Shown here in pieces: positions 48,372 through 57,452 of a stretch of 64,000 nucleotides of DNA. Position 1 is the stretch's first letter, and each line of letters begins with the position of its first letter. The stretch is from an uncultured archaeon. GTDB taxonomy: Archaea > Thermoproteota > Nitrososphaeria > JACIWG01. The notes beneath the pieces are model-generated. The model was given only the letters and a program-made list of their open reading frames with translations, ran no database searches and was not told where the DNA came from. The stretch is from contig CALHLD010000001.1 of the NCBI GenBank assembly GCA_938034445.1, forward strand, positions 840 to 64,839, written 5' to 3'. A program made the position numbers and the translations under genes.

Positions 48372-49685
48372 TTATGGGTTGAGACGTGTTAATGTTCTTG
48401 GAAAGAGTGATGCAGCTCTAATATGCTTTAATCCAGCAATCCATCTAACGGTTCTCTCAACCCCTAACCCGAAACCCGAATGGGGTGGCATCCCATATTT
48501 TCTCAGTTCAAGGTACCATTCAAAACTTTCTCTTGGAAGTTCTTGTTGCATTACACGTTTCTCAAGTTCTTTGTAGTCACTTAACCTTTGTCCACCTGTA
48601 GTTATTTCACCGTAGCCTTCTGGTGCTATTAAATCGGATGATAGTGTTACCTTATCATTATCTGGTTTTGTCATGTGATAGAAGCTTCTTGCAGAAAGTG
48701 GAAACTCTTTTATAAAAACTGGTTTATCAAATTCGTTAGAAATGATCTTTTCTCCTTCTGTTGGAATATCCTCTCCCCACTCAAAGTATACTCCCTTCTT
48801 CATTATTAATTCTCTTGCCTCATCATATGTTATCCTATGGAAGGGTGGTTCTGGAGGTTTAAATTTTCGTCCTAAAATGTTTAATTCATTTGCACATTCT
48901 TGGGCAACCCTGTTTGTAATTTCAACAACCAGCTCCTCTTCTAGATTCATGATATCATCGTGTGTTGCGAAGGCCACTTCTGCCTCTATCATCCAAAATT
49001 CTGTAAGATGTTTTGATGTTTTCGATTTTTCAGCTCTAAAACATGGTTCCACTGTCCAAACTCTCTCTAAAGCTGCTATCGCCGCCTCCTCATACAGTTG
49101 CGCGCTTTGTGTTAAAAATGCTTTTTCACCAAAATAGTTTACTTCAAACAAAGTTGCTCCACCTTCGCATGCTGATTGTACAATGGTTGGTGCACTTATT
49201 AGATAAAATCCGTTTTTGAAAAAGTAGTCTGCAGCTGCCTCTATAACCTTAGACCTAATCTTTATCACCGATGATGCTTTTTTCCCTCTTATTGAAAGGT
49301 GTCTAATATCGTATAGGAAAGAAGGGGATTTAACAGCACTTTTGACTATGGGCCATGGTTCAGCTTTTGCTATTGTCTCAAAATCTTTTCCAACAATTTC
49401 TAATCCTCCAGGTGCTCTTTTATCCTGCTTTGTTCTACCAACAATTTTAACTGCTGACTCGACTGTAGCCTCCTTCACTTTATCAAAAACTTCGCTTGAA
49501 ACATTATCTTTTTTGAATGTAGTCTGAATGTATCCTGAACCATCTCTTATTGTTAAAAATATAACGCCACCGACCCTGCTCTTGTTCTGTATCCATCCAA
49601 GTATGCATGTGTCTAACTCACTATTTTCATTAAACAGTTCCCTTATTGTGTGGGTTCTACCTCCAACCTTAAATCTTGTGCTCAA
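48372..49685 (-). CDS. asnS: Asparaginyl-tRNA synthetase (class IIb; Asp specificity not excluded)
   Basis: 437 aa; OB-fold N-terminus; motif 2 FRAEKSKTSKHLTEFWMIEAEVAF (the E.E form favours AsnRS over archaeal AspRS D.E); motif 3 GFGLGVERTV. Confidence 0.7.
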   Translation of the reverse strand: MSTRFKVGGRTHTIRELFNENSELDTCILGWIQNKSRVGGVIFLTIRDGSGYIQTTFKKDNVSSEVFDKVKEATVESAVKIVGRTKQDKRAPGGLEIVGKDFETIAKAEPWPIVKSAVKSPSFLYDIRHLSIRGKKASSVIKIRSKVIEAAADYFFKNGFYLISAPTIVQSACEGGATLFEVNYFGEKAFLTQSAQLYEEAAIAALERVWTVEPCFRAEKSKTSKHLTEFWMIEAEVAFATHDDIMNLEEELVVEITNRVAQECANELNILGRKFKPPEPPFHRITYDEARELIMKKGVYFEWGEDIPTEGEKIISNEFDKPVFIKEFPLSARSFYHMTKPDNDKVTLSSDLIAPEGYGEITTGGQRLSDYKELEKRVMQQELPRESFEWYLELRKYGMPPHSGFGLGVERTVRWIAGLKHIRAASLFPRTLTRLNP

Positions 49686-49806
49686 TTCGCAATCTATCCA
49701 ATTTATATCAATTTAAAAATTTTGTGGTGTTTTATTCAAAGTTTTTCCCTAAAATCTTCCTCAAAACACTCGTTTTCTTTCCTTCTACCATTTGCTCTTA
49801 AGCTCG

Positions 49807-49843
49807 TTTTCTAATCTTATTAGTGAGGAAGAAGATTAGAAAA
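49807..49843. other. Perfect 12-bp inverted repeat (hairpin, 13-nt loop)
   Basis: TTTTCTAATCTT (49807-49818) / AAGATTAGAAAA (49832-49843), flanked by complementary AGCTC (49801-49805) and GAGCT (49856-49860). Confidence 0.6.
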
Positions 49844-49855
49844 TCTTTTGTTAAT

Positions 49856-50139
49856 GAGCTACAAATCCAGAGTTCAAAACCTCAACCCATATAATTTGAG
49901 CAAGAGGTGCTCCAGATGTGGGATGGTAAATGCCCCGAAAGGAGGATCTAAGAATGTAGTTGTGAGTTGGGGATAGATAGACAGGTAAACGCTTCAATAA
50001 ACCTGTACCTTCAGATGAAGGACTTCCCCCATCTCCGAAACTCTTTAATGAGCTTATGAAGGGGTGGAGTGAGTTCACCCAGGGGATAAGGCTGATGAAT
50101 CCCAAGAGCTACATATGTCTATCAAGGACTATGTAGCTC
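49856..50139. ncRNA. Candidate structured non-coding RNA (identity and strand unresolved)
   Basis: 519-nt gap with no convincing ORF. About 45-47% G+C in two lines I counted, against an AT-rich background. Ends can pair (GAGCTACAAATCC / GGACTATGTAGCTC). Several internal hairpins. Confidence 0.3.
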
Positions 50140-50204
50140 AGAACCCTCTATAAAATTTCTGTACGATTTCAAGAATCTTCAAAAATTTGATGTTATGCTA
50201 TTAT

Positions 50205-50819
50205 TTATTTTTTTAAATTTTTTCTGACAACCTCACCTTTTTTCTTCTCCTCCCATATCAGGCATTGAAACTTGTAAATTTTAACATCCTTTCTCAGCCA
50301 TGAATCTGGTGTTATACCAGCCTTGAGACAAAGGTTTTCAAGAAATTCTCTAGCATTCCATCCATATTCTACTGCAACCTGTGGGAGGAGTAGTCCTGAA
50401 CCCCAAACCCATTTAAGCATTAATCCATCTTCTCCAACCTTTATCTTCTCAGGATATTGTAGTGGTGAATCAACCTTTATTAGTTGAAGTGGAGTAAGAA
50501 CGCTTACTTCAACTAAAATTTCATCGAGTTCCCTTTTGCTTAATGGTTCGAATCTCGGGTCCTCTGTCGCCGCCGCTATCGCCGCCTCTACTACTGCCTC
50601 ATGTAATGGTAAAATTGCTTCTGGAAAGCCAATGCATCCCCTTAGCTCCTTTTCCCCTCCTATAACACGGTTTATGGTCACAAAGACTCCTGCTTTCTCA
50701 GAAAACCTTTTTTTAACATCTTCTGGAGGATCATATTTTCTCCTGTTTACGACATACTCTTCTATAGCTTTTCGAGCGAGCTCCACCAACAATCTTCCAT
50801 CTTCATCGGTTAAATTCAA
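50205..50819 (-). CDS. AMMECR1-domain protein
   Basis: 204 aa; GVFVTI...LRGCIG motif and full-length AMMECR1 pattern. Confidence 0.9.
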   Translation of the reverse strand: MNLTDEDGRLLVELARKAIEEYVVNRRKYDPPEDVKKRFSEKAGVFVTINRVIGGEKELRGCIGFPEAILPLHEAVVEAAIAAATEDPRFEPLSKRELDEILVEVSVLTPLQLIKVDSPLQYPEKIKVGEDGLMLKWVWGSGLLLPQVAVEYGWNAREFLENLCLKAGITPDSWLRKDVKIYKFQCLIWEEKKKGEVVRKNLKK

Positions 50820-51333
50820 TTTTCTCCCCTTCTTTTAATTCTTTTAATCTCTTCTTAAGTGTTTTCTCAAACTCTCTAATCTTTTTCCAGTGTGAACCGT
50901 ACCAGTAAACTTTTCCGCATCCATTGCACTTATAGAATACTCTTTTTTTCTTCAAAACCTTTTCGGGGATATTTTGTATTTCTTTTTTGTCGACTATAGT
51001 TAATGGGCTGTTACAGTTTGGGCAACGAGACCTTTTTGGGTCTATTTCAGGCGAAATTCTTAGTGCACTAAATATTTCAATCATTCTCGGCAGGTCATCA
51101 TCAGGAGATACCCTTATTACTTGCAAATTTTCTGCTTTTGCCCTATTAACCAGTTCCTCATCCGATGTTATAATTGTTCTACCTTCCTCTTTTGCAATCT
51201 CAATAATCCTGTTATCGTCTAATGTTATATCATATTTTGTATCGAAACCATATATCCTCATTTTTCTAGCAAGTTTTCCATGCATACAGTCGACAATGAA
51301 TCTAATGTTTGATAACCTTTCCTCTTCTCTCAT
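50803..51333 (-). CDS. Mut7-C/DUF82 protein (PIN-like nuclease domain plus zinc ribbon)
   Basis: 176 aa; FIVDCMHGKLARKMRIYGFDT, CPNCNSPL...CNGCGKVYWYGSHW. Confidence 0.8.
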   Translation of the reverse strand: MREEERLSNIRFIVDCMHGKLARKMRIYGFDTKYDITLDDNRIIEIAKEEGRTIITSDEELVNRAKAENLQVIRVSPDDDLPRMIEIFSALRISPEIDPKRSRCPNCNSPLTIVDKKEIQNIPEKVLKKKRVFYKCNGCGKVYWYGSHWKKIREFEKTLKKRLKELKEGEKIEFNR

Positions 51334-52603
51334 CGATTACACCTATTTTTTTCTCGTAAACTGTTTCCCCTCTTACGATTGTTCTTGCTACTACTACCTC
51401 AGCCTTAAACCCCTCAAATGGTGTGAACTTTGCTTTTGAGTAAAATTTTGAGCCACTGATCCCATATTCTGGTACAAATTTTATGAAGGTTAGGTTTGAA
51501 ATATTACCTTTATCTATTGTGCCGTATCCCTTAAGGTTAAATATTCTTGCTGGATTGGATGTTAAACTTTCAATCAGTTTTGAAAATGGTATGAATCCCT
51601 TTTTAGCTAGCGTAAACAAGATTGGTACAGTTGTTTCAAGGCTTGGAAATCCGGATGCAGGTTTGTCACAAAGTTTCTCCTCTAATGTATGTGGTGCATG
51701 GTCTGTTCCAACAATATCTATCACTCCATCCCAAAACATGTTCCTTAGAAATATTACATTGTCTTTTCCTCTTAGAGGAGGCTCAACTACACATATTTTC
51801 CCGCATTTTTGTAGGATGCTTTCATCTAATGTTAGGTGTGCTGGTGTCACTTCTACGAAATAATTTAAGCTATATTTTTTTTCCTCGGCAACAATTTTTA
51901 TCCCCTCTGCTGTTGAAATGTGACAAAATCTTATCTTCGAATGATATTTTTTAGCTGTACTAAGTATTCTTTTTATCATACTAACTTCTGCTTCTATAGA
52001 ATGTGCTTTTGCGTGTTCTATTGCATCATATTTTTCTCCTAAATGCTCTATCTTTGAAGGGTCTTCTGCGTGAATAGAAAGAATTAGTCCAGTCTTCTCT
52101 ATAGTCTTCAAAATCAATTCTATCATTTCATCTTCAAAAAAATTAATGTTCTCAAAACTTTTGTGTGTAAAAATCTTGAATCCAATACATCCTGCCTTTA
52201 CTAAGTCACATATCTTATCCGCATACAATGGCATTGCATAAAATCCTACGTCACATAATATCTTTTTTTCAGCTGAAGATATTCTATCCTTTAATCTCTC
52301 TGGGCTTGTTATGGGTGGTTCGGTGTTAGGCATATCTAAAACAGCTGTAAACCCTCCTGCTACAGCAGCTGATGTTCCACTAACGAAATCTTCTTTATAA
52401 GAAATCTTTGAATCCCTTAAATGAGTGTGAGCATCTATTAGTCCAGGTAATATCAGGGCTCCTTCGGCGTCTAAAATTCTGTCAACTTGAACTTTTTGAC
52501 TTTTTCTTATCAAATCTACTATCTTATCATCTTCGATAAGAATATCTTTTTCTAGTATATTTCCACCCTTCCATATTCTTCCATTAACTATCCGAGTAAG
52601 CAA
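51302..52603 (-). CDS. pyrC: Dihydroorotase (cyclic amidohydrolase family)
   Basis: 433 aa; LPGLIDAHTHLRD, HAED, GTDHAPH metal ligands; pyrF is nearby. Confidence 0.75.
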   Translation of the reverse strand: MLTRIVNGRIWKGGNILEKDILIEDDKIVDLIRKSQKVQVDRILDAEGALILPGLIDAHTHLRDSKISYKEDFVSGTSAAVAGGFTAVLDMPNTEPPITSPERLKDRISSAEKKILCDVGFYAMPLYADKICDLVKAGCIGFKIFTHKSFENINFFEDEMIELILKTIEKTGLILSIHAEDPSKIEHLGEKYDAIEHAKAHSIEAEVSMIKRILSTAKKYHSKIRFCHISTAEGIKIVAEEKKYSLNYFVEVTPAHLTLDESILQKCGKICVVEPPLRGKDNVIFLRNMFWDGVIDIVGTDHAPHTLEEKLCDKPASGFPSLETTVPILFTLAKKGFIPFSKLIESLTSNPARIFNLKGYGTIDKGNISNLTFIKFVPEYGISGSKFYSKAKFTPFEGFKAEVVVARTIVRGETVYEKKIGVIDERRGKVIKH

Positions 52604-52609
52604 CCTGGA

Positions 52610-53416
52610 CTACCTGTAAAGTTGGTTGAACAACTCTCTTCTTCTTATAACTCCAAAAAATTTATCGTCTTCTATAACTGGATAGATTACAAGATTTGTG
52701 TTAGAGAAAAGTTTTGCTGCACGCTGTACTGGATCATTAGGCCTTAATATCTCATTTACAAATGTTAGTATATCGTTTACAACATAATTTTGTAATGCGT
52801 TCCTCATATTCACTATATTATCGTCAGAAAGGTAATTGAATAGGAAAATTGCAAGTTCTTTTTCGCCTACAATACCTAGAGGTCTACTATCGTGGACGAC
52901 AACAAATTCTCTCATGTCTACATCCTTTAGTATTTCATTTGATAATGTTGCAAGGCTAGTTCCCTCTAGAATCCTGTACCCTGTTCTTACAACATACTCT
53001 ATAACATTGCCCTTTAATTCATTCGATAACAAGTTCAATATATGGTTTTTTGTCACCATTCCAAGCACATTATTTTTACTATCTAAAACTGGGAGGCCGC
53101 TTACATTCTTTTCAATCATGATTTTTATTGCATTATCTATTGTTTCGTTTTCTGACGCATAGACTAGTTTCTCGCTCATAAAGGAAGCTATGCTTAGAGA
53201 CTTTGGAGAAATGTTACTAAACTTTTTGGAAGCAAGTTTTGTAAAAACATCTCTTAAAGTTACTACACCCACAAGTTTCTCTCCATCCTTAACTATCACC
53301 CTATCTAGTTTAGTCCTCTTCAATTCATAAAACATCATAGGCATTTTATCTGACTTTGAAACTATTCCAACCTTTTGTAATGGTATTGATTTTAGTTTAT
53401 TATTTCTCTGAAGCAA
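52610..53416 (-). CDS. CBS-domain protein
   Basis: 268 aa; repeated CBS-type segments (GVVTLRDVF, GMVTKNHIL, GIVGEKELA, GVIRRRELF). Confidence 0.8.
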   Translation of the reverse strand: MLQRNNKLKSIPLQKVGIVSKSDKMPMMFYELKRTKLDRVIVKDGEKLVGVVTLRDVFTKLASKKFSNISPKSLSIASFMSEKLVYASENETIDNAIKIMIEKNVSGLPVLDSKNNVLGMVTKNHILNLLSNELKGNVIEYVVRTGYRILEGTSLATLSNEILKDVDMREFVVVHDSRPLGIVGEKELAIFLFNYLSDDNIVNMRNALQNYVVNDILTFVNEILRPNDPVQRAAKLFSNTNLVIYPVIEDDKFFGVIRRRELFNQLYR

Positions 53417-54242
53417 TCTTCAAAACCTCCTTTTTGGATAAAATTCCACTAACATTTCCTTCTATATTAAGAACTGGCAACGCGCCTATATCCCTTTCCA
53501 CCATTATTGAAGTAGCAAATTTTACACTATCATCTTCATGTACTATAATTAGTGGTGTTGTCATCACGTCTTCGGCTGTTGCTATTGCAACATAACTTAT
53601 TTTCTTGTGTGTGGCTTCTCCCCCTCTTATGGTTGAACGTTTGGAGGTTACTGGTTTGAATGGAGTAAATTTTACGAAGGTGAGATTTGATGGCGTAATT
53701 ATGCCTATTGGCTTCTTTTCTGCATCCAATACTATTACCCTGTTTGCGGGTGTTCTGAATATGAGGTCTGCAACATGACTTATGCTGTGAAATTGTGAAA
53801 CAAACGCTACATTCTTACACATGTAATCTTTTACGGGTACATCGTCTAAAGGTAGTTGTGCAACATATTTTGTAATGTCATGTGTTGTTATTATTCCAAC
53901 TAACTTTTTTCCACTTGTAACCGGTAATCCTCCTATATTGTTCTCAAGCATGCTCTTGGCTGCCTCATTTATTTCTGATGTTTGCTGTATTGTTAAAATC
54001 TGTTTTTTCATAAAATGTGCTACTAGAAGTTGGTCTATTGGTCTCGTTTTTATTGAAGGTTTGGATGATAGGATTGCTTTTGCAACATCTTCTCTTGTTA
54101 TTATACCAACGACTGTATCATCTTCAACTACTACTAGTCTTCCAATCTTTTTAGAGAGCATCAAATTTTTTGCACGAGCTAAAGTGTCGGTGGGTTTAAC
54201 AACAAAAACTTCTTTTGACATATAATCTTTTACGGTAGGCAA
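53400..54242 (-). CDS. CBS-domain protein (four CBS motifs)
   Basis: 280 aa; GIITREDV, GIITTHDI, GIITPSNL, GILSKKEV repeats. Confidence 0.85.
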   Translation of the reverse strand: MPTVKDYMSKEVFVVKPTDTLARAKNLMLSKKIGRLVVVEDDTVVGIITREDVAKAILSSKPSIKTRPIDQLLVAHFMKKQILTIQQTSEINEAAKSMLENNIGGLPVTSGKKLVGIITTHDITKYVAQLPLDDVPVKDYMCKNVAFVSQFHSISHVADLIFRTPANRVIVLDAEKKPIGIITPSNLTFVKFTPFKPVTSKRSTIRGGEATHKKISYVAIATAEDVMTTPLIIVHEDDSVKFATSIMVERDIGALPVLNIEGNVSGILSKKEVLKIASEK

Positions 54243-54303
54243 ATTTTCACTAGCATAACTTTTATAAAAACTTGTTAAAAATCTTTTTGTTCAACTTATC
54301 TAA

Positions 54304-54873
54304 TTAATCACTTCTACATTCTTCACAAATATATTTTCCATCAGTTTCAACTAGTAGGTCTGACCATCTTGAACAGACATCACAGTATCCTGCAAAATAT
54401 ACTGACTCCTTTTGAGACTGTAATATTGATGATTGAATATTAAGTTTTTCTGAGAATATTTCAACTATCTCGGGGGTTACTGATATTATGTCCCAAATTG
54501 ATAGTATTCCCTCAATTCTACCCTTATATGTTACACCAACACGTTTAACCCTATTTTTTCTCATATACCTTGCAGCTTCAACTATAGTTGCCTCAGAGTC
54601 TACTGTCAATATTGGCGTACTCATTATATCCCTAGCTTTAACTTCATCAGGGTTTAATCCTTTAGTTACTACTCTATCGATTATATCACCATCTGTAACC
54701 ATGCCTACTGGTTTTCCATCCTCTACAATTACTATGCTTCCTACCTCGTTTTCTGTCATCTTTTTAGCTATTTCTCTCACAGTTTCATCAGGTTTTCCAG
54801 TAATAACTGGACTATTCATTACCTGTCTTACCATTAAATTTGCAGGATTTGTACCCTTTGTTTCTACAGCCAT
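54304..54873 (-). CDS. CBS-pair protein with C-terminal zinc ribbon
   Basis: 189 aa; two CBS motifs (GMVTDGDI, GILSIWDI) then CDVC...CEEC. Confidence 0.85.
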   Translation of the reverse strand: MAVETKGTNPANLMVRQVMNSPVITGKPDETVREIAKKMTENEVGSIVIVEDGKPVGMVTDGDIIDRVVTKGLNPDEVKARDIMSTPILTVDSEATIVEAARYMRKNRVKRVGVTYKGRIEGILSIWDIISVTPEIVEIFSEKLNIQSSILQSQKESVYFAGYCDVCSRWSDLLVETDGKYICEECRSD

Positions 54874-54968
54874 TCTATCGTTATCTGGTTAAAAGATAGA
54901 AGTAAAAAAATATTTCCATTGAGTCTACTGCTAATATTTGTTAAATCATGAAAAAATTCTAAGCTCTC

Positions 54969-56891
54969 TCATACATTTAATTTCAAGCTCTTTAATTTAC
55001 ATCCTCCTGGAGGTAATGCTTGAATAAATTCCTCGAAAGGTATATCCTTTACCACCTCACCAATTCTATCATAAAAATATCTAACAATCTTTTTAGCAAT
55101 AGAGTTTTTATCCTCATTTCCTGGTATAATAACTAAATAGTTTTCGCAATACTTCTTTAAAGCCTCTACAGGCCCACATACTACTGAATAATGTTCTTTT
55201 ACTTTAACAACTCCTAAAGCAAGTTCTATGGGCACATTTCTAATATAATTTCTTTTTCCACTAATCATGAACGCCCCCTTACCCATATATTGGCCGGAGG
55301 GTGCCTGTTTTGAAATCTGATGCTTATACACCCAATATGCTTCTCCAGCTGATGCGCCCATCTTCCAAAAGTTGCTGAATGAGACTGCTGCAATAGCAAC
55401 TTCTTTTAAGCTACTTTCTCCAGCCTTTATACCATTCTTTAGTATAAAGAATGGTGCGCCAACTATTTCAGCATGAAATACAATATCTTCATCTTCTAAA
55501 TATTTTTTGATTATTGCCTCATTAGAAGATGCGTCTCTTCCTCCTACTGCAAGCATATTTTCTGAGGTATAAAACCATCTGTATTTTTCAAACCATTCTC
55601 TTTCACGGGCCTTTTTACATTCTCTTGAAATTGTTTTTTCCTTTACTATAATCTTCTTCTCAATCTTCCCAATTTCTTTTTGCATCCCATTTATTGATTC
55701 CCCTATCTTCTTTGCATCCTCTACTAACCTTTTTGCAACATCATATATTTCTGAGCATGTTTTTAGCGGCTTATTTTTATCAAATTCGAAACCATATCTT
55801 TTGTAAACAATCTTTTCCAATCCATCTTCATCTTTTTCAATTTTTGCTGGTAAAAGTGTCTTTTTAAACTCTCCATAATCTTGGTATAATAGTTGTAGAT
55901 TTTCTTTTATCTTGTCCGCTAACTTGGTTAAAAAATTTTTGTCTTCTAACATCTCGTCTCTTTTATTAATGAGTTCGTCTATTGCTTTTCTTTTTTTCTC
56001 CTTTTCTCTAATTAGAGGATATAATGCTTCTTTCTCCTTTTCATGTAAAACTATTTTAGTAAAGATTTTGTCTAATGCTTCATTCAGATTTTGTATACTT
56101 TGGTGCACTAGCCCATTAACAGGTATTGGAGTTATGGAGAAATCAACTACCTCGTTGTCTGATAAATAAATTACTGGACTGATGTTTTCTTCTCTAAAAA
56201 ATTCTTTTATTTTCTCTAACATTTTTAAAATTTTTTCCTCGTCTAATTCGTTTCCCTTGGTTCCTTCTTTTACTTCTAACATTTTTGGTAGAATATCAAT
56301 ATACTTTTTTGGTAAGGCTAAATTTTTTCCAATCCATCTTCTAAAATCATCTTCATATTTTAGTAATGGTCTAAGATGTATAAAATCAACTTTAAGAGGA
56401 TCTAATCCTCTTTCAGGAGGTGTTAAATATTCTTTTCCAACCGCAATTGTTCTATGTCTTGTTTGGTAATATTCTAATGCTGTTAAAATGACGTTTTTTT
56501 CGTCAACTAAGATAATGTTTCCTCTACTAAAAAATTCTGCTATAAGATGTTTGGCTAAGCTTCCAATAAACTCGATATCAATTATCCTTTCTGTGCCAAG
56601 TTGTGTTATTTTAGAAATCTTTCCTCTAGCAAGAAAGTTTCTAAACTGTCTCAGTAGGGGGTCTGACCCTTCTTCCTCTAACTTTATTTCAGTAACCCAA
56701 ATTGCTCTACCATTATCTATAACCAGTCTTTTTTCAGGATACATTGGATGATGAAGTCTTATGACAAGTGTTCTATTCACTATTGCCCAGTAAACATTAT
56801 TAACATAATAATCTTTAAGATTGCCGTTTAACCATCTTGATTGGTGAAATAGTTCTATGTTGTTCAATGTCCGCTCTTCCATGGAGGTCAA
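54969..56891 (-). CDS. NFACT-family protein (Rqc2/NEMF/FbpA homologue, ribosome quality control)
   Basis: 640 aa; NFACT-N-like N-terminus, long coiled coil, DUF814/NFACT-R segment (WFYTSENMLAVGGRDASSNEAII); likely start ATG at 56882. Confidence 0.85.
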   Translation of the reverse strand: MTSMEERTLNNIELFHQSRWLNGNLKDYYVNNVYWAIVNRTLVIRLHHPMYPEKRLVIDNGRAIWVTEIKLEEEGSDPLLRQFRNFLARGKISKITQLGTERIIDIEFIGSLAKHLIAEFFSRGNIILVDEKNVILTALEYYQTRHRTIAVGKEYLTPPERGLDPLKVDFIHLRPLLKYEDDFRRWIGKNLALPKKYIDILPKMLEVKEGTKGNELDEEKILKMLEKIKEFFREENISPVIYLSDNEVVDFSITPIPVNGLVHQSIQNLNEALDKIFTKIVLHEKEKEALYPLIREKEKKRKAIDELINKRDEMLEDKNFLTKLADKIKENLQLLYQDYGEFKKTLLPAKIEKDEDGLEKIVYKRYGFEFDKNKPLKTCSEIYDVAKRLVEDAKKIGESINGMQKEIGKIEKKIIVKEKTISRECKKAREREWFEKYRWFYTSENMLAVGGRDASSNEAIIKKYLEDEDIVFHAEIVGAPFFILKNGIKAGESSLKEVAIAAVSFSNFWKMGASAGEAYWVYKHQISKQAPSGQYMGKGAFMISGKRNYIRNVPIELALGVVKVKEHYSVVCGPVEALKKYCENYLVIIPGNEDKNSIAKKIVRYFYDRIGEVVKDIPFEEFIQALPPGGCKLKSLKLNV

Positions 56892-56897
56892 CCAGAT

Positions 56898-57182
56898 ATG
56901 TTGACAGACACAAATAAACTCTTTTGGTTAAGGGTTGTTTTTGCAATTTTTGCAGGCCTATTTTCTGGGATAATGAATTTTAGTAACGAATCCGCATTGT
57001 TTGGTGTACTTACCATCATACTATTCTACTTATTATCCTATCTCATAGGAAAATATTATATATTTTCTGAAAAAAATGTAAGCAACTCCTCACTTTTCAC
57101 AACAGGGATAGGAACTTATATAATGCTATCACTGTTTATCTGGATCTTTTACTATACTCTTCACGTAAGCGGTTTCCTGTAA
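56898..57182 (+). CDS. Small three-TM membrane protein, EMC6/Rab5ip-like by eye
   Basis: 94 aa; AGLFSGIMNF, LFGVLTIILFYLLSYLIG and LFTTGIGTYIMLSLFIWIFYYTLHV parallel recalled human EMC6 segments. Confidence 0.4.
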   Translation: MLTDTNKLFWLRVVFAIFAGLFSGIMNFSNESALFGVLTIILFYLLSYLIGKYYIFSEKNVSNSSLFTTGIGTYIMLSLFIWIFYYTLHVSGFL

Positions 57183-57452
57183 CCTTTTTTCCTGTCGTTC
57201 AAAGTATGCGAATAACACTGTAAAATAGTCTATGTCAATCTCCTGTAACCAGTGACCTTCAACTAGTTTTAAAAAATTTTCTTTTAAACGTCTTATTTTC
57301 TCAATCTCCTTTTCAATTTCCCTATTTTTTTGTAAATATTTTATTGCATTTATTGCAAACGTTGCTCCAATAGAATTTTTTGCCATATTTTTTGCTTCAT
57401 CCCATTCTTCCTTTTCTAAACAATCTATTATATTTTCTAAATTTTCTATCAA
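57129..57452 (-). CDS. Uncharacterised small helical protein coupled to the RadA paralogue
   Basis: 107 aa; TTG start overlaps the stop of 57449..58348; E/K-rich helical; 3' end overlaps the convergent 56898..57182 ORF by 54 nt. Confidence 0.4.
   Translation of the reverse strand: MIENLENIIDCLEKEEWDEAKNMAKNSIGATFAINAIKYLQKNREIEKEIEKIRRLKENFLKLVEGHWLQEIDIDYFTVLFAYFERQEKRLQETAYVKSIVKDPDKQ

Noticed and set aside
50093-50098. UGAUGA (C-box-like) motif suggesting a C/D box sRNA
   Set aside because: There is no CUGA D box within the expected 40-70 nt downstream and no C'/D' pair.
49851-50105. 84-aa minus-strand ORF in the asnS/AMMECR1 spacer
   Set aside because: It has no start context, no domain and a G/S/P-rich sequence with no hydrophobic periodicity. 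The region is better explained as structured RNA or spacer.
49856-50139. Specific assignment of the candidate RNA as RNase P RNA (GGGGGAAGUCC on the minus sense resembles CR-I) or as SRP RNA
   Set aside because: I find no CR-V-type ACAGAA...GGCUUA segment downstream in the correct order. The GUCC segment pairs locally rather than forming a P4-like long-range helix. No SRP helix-8 GGAA/AGCA motifs are present either. Only the generic call of a candidate structured RNA is kept.
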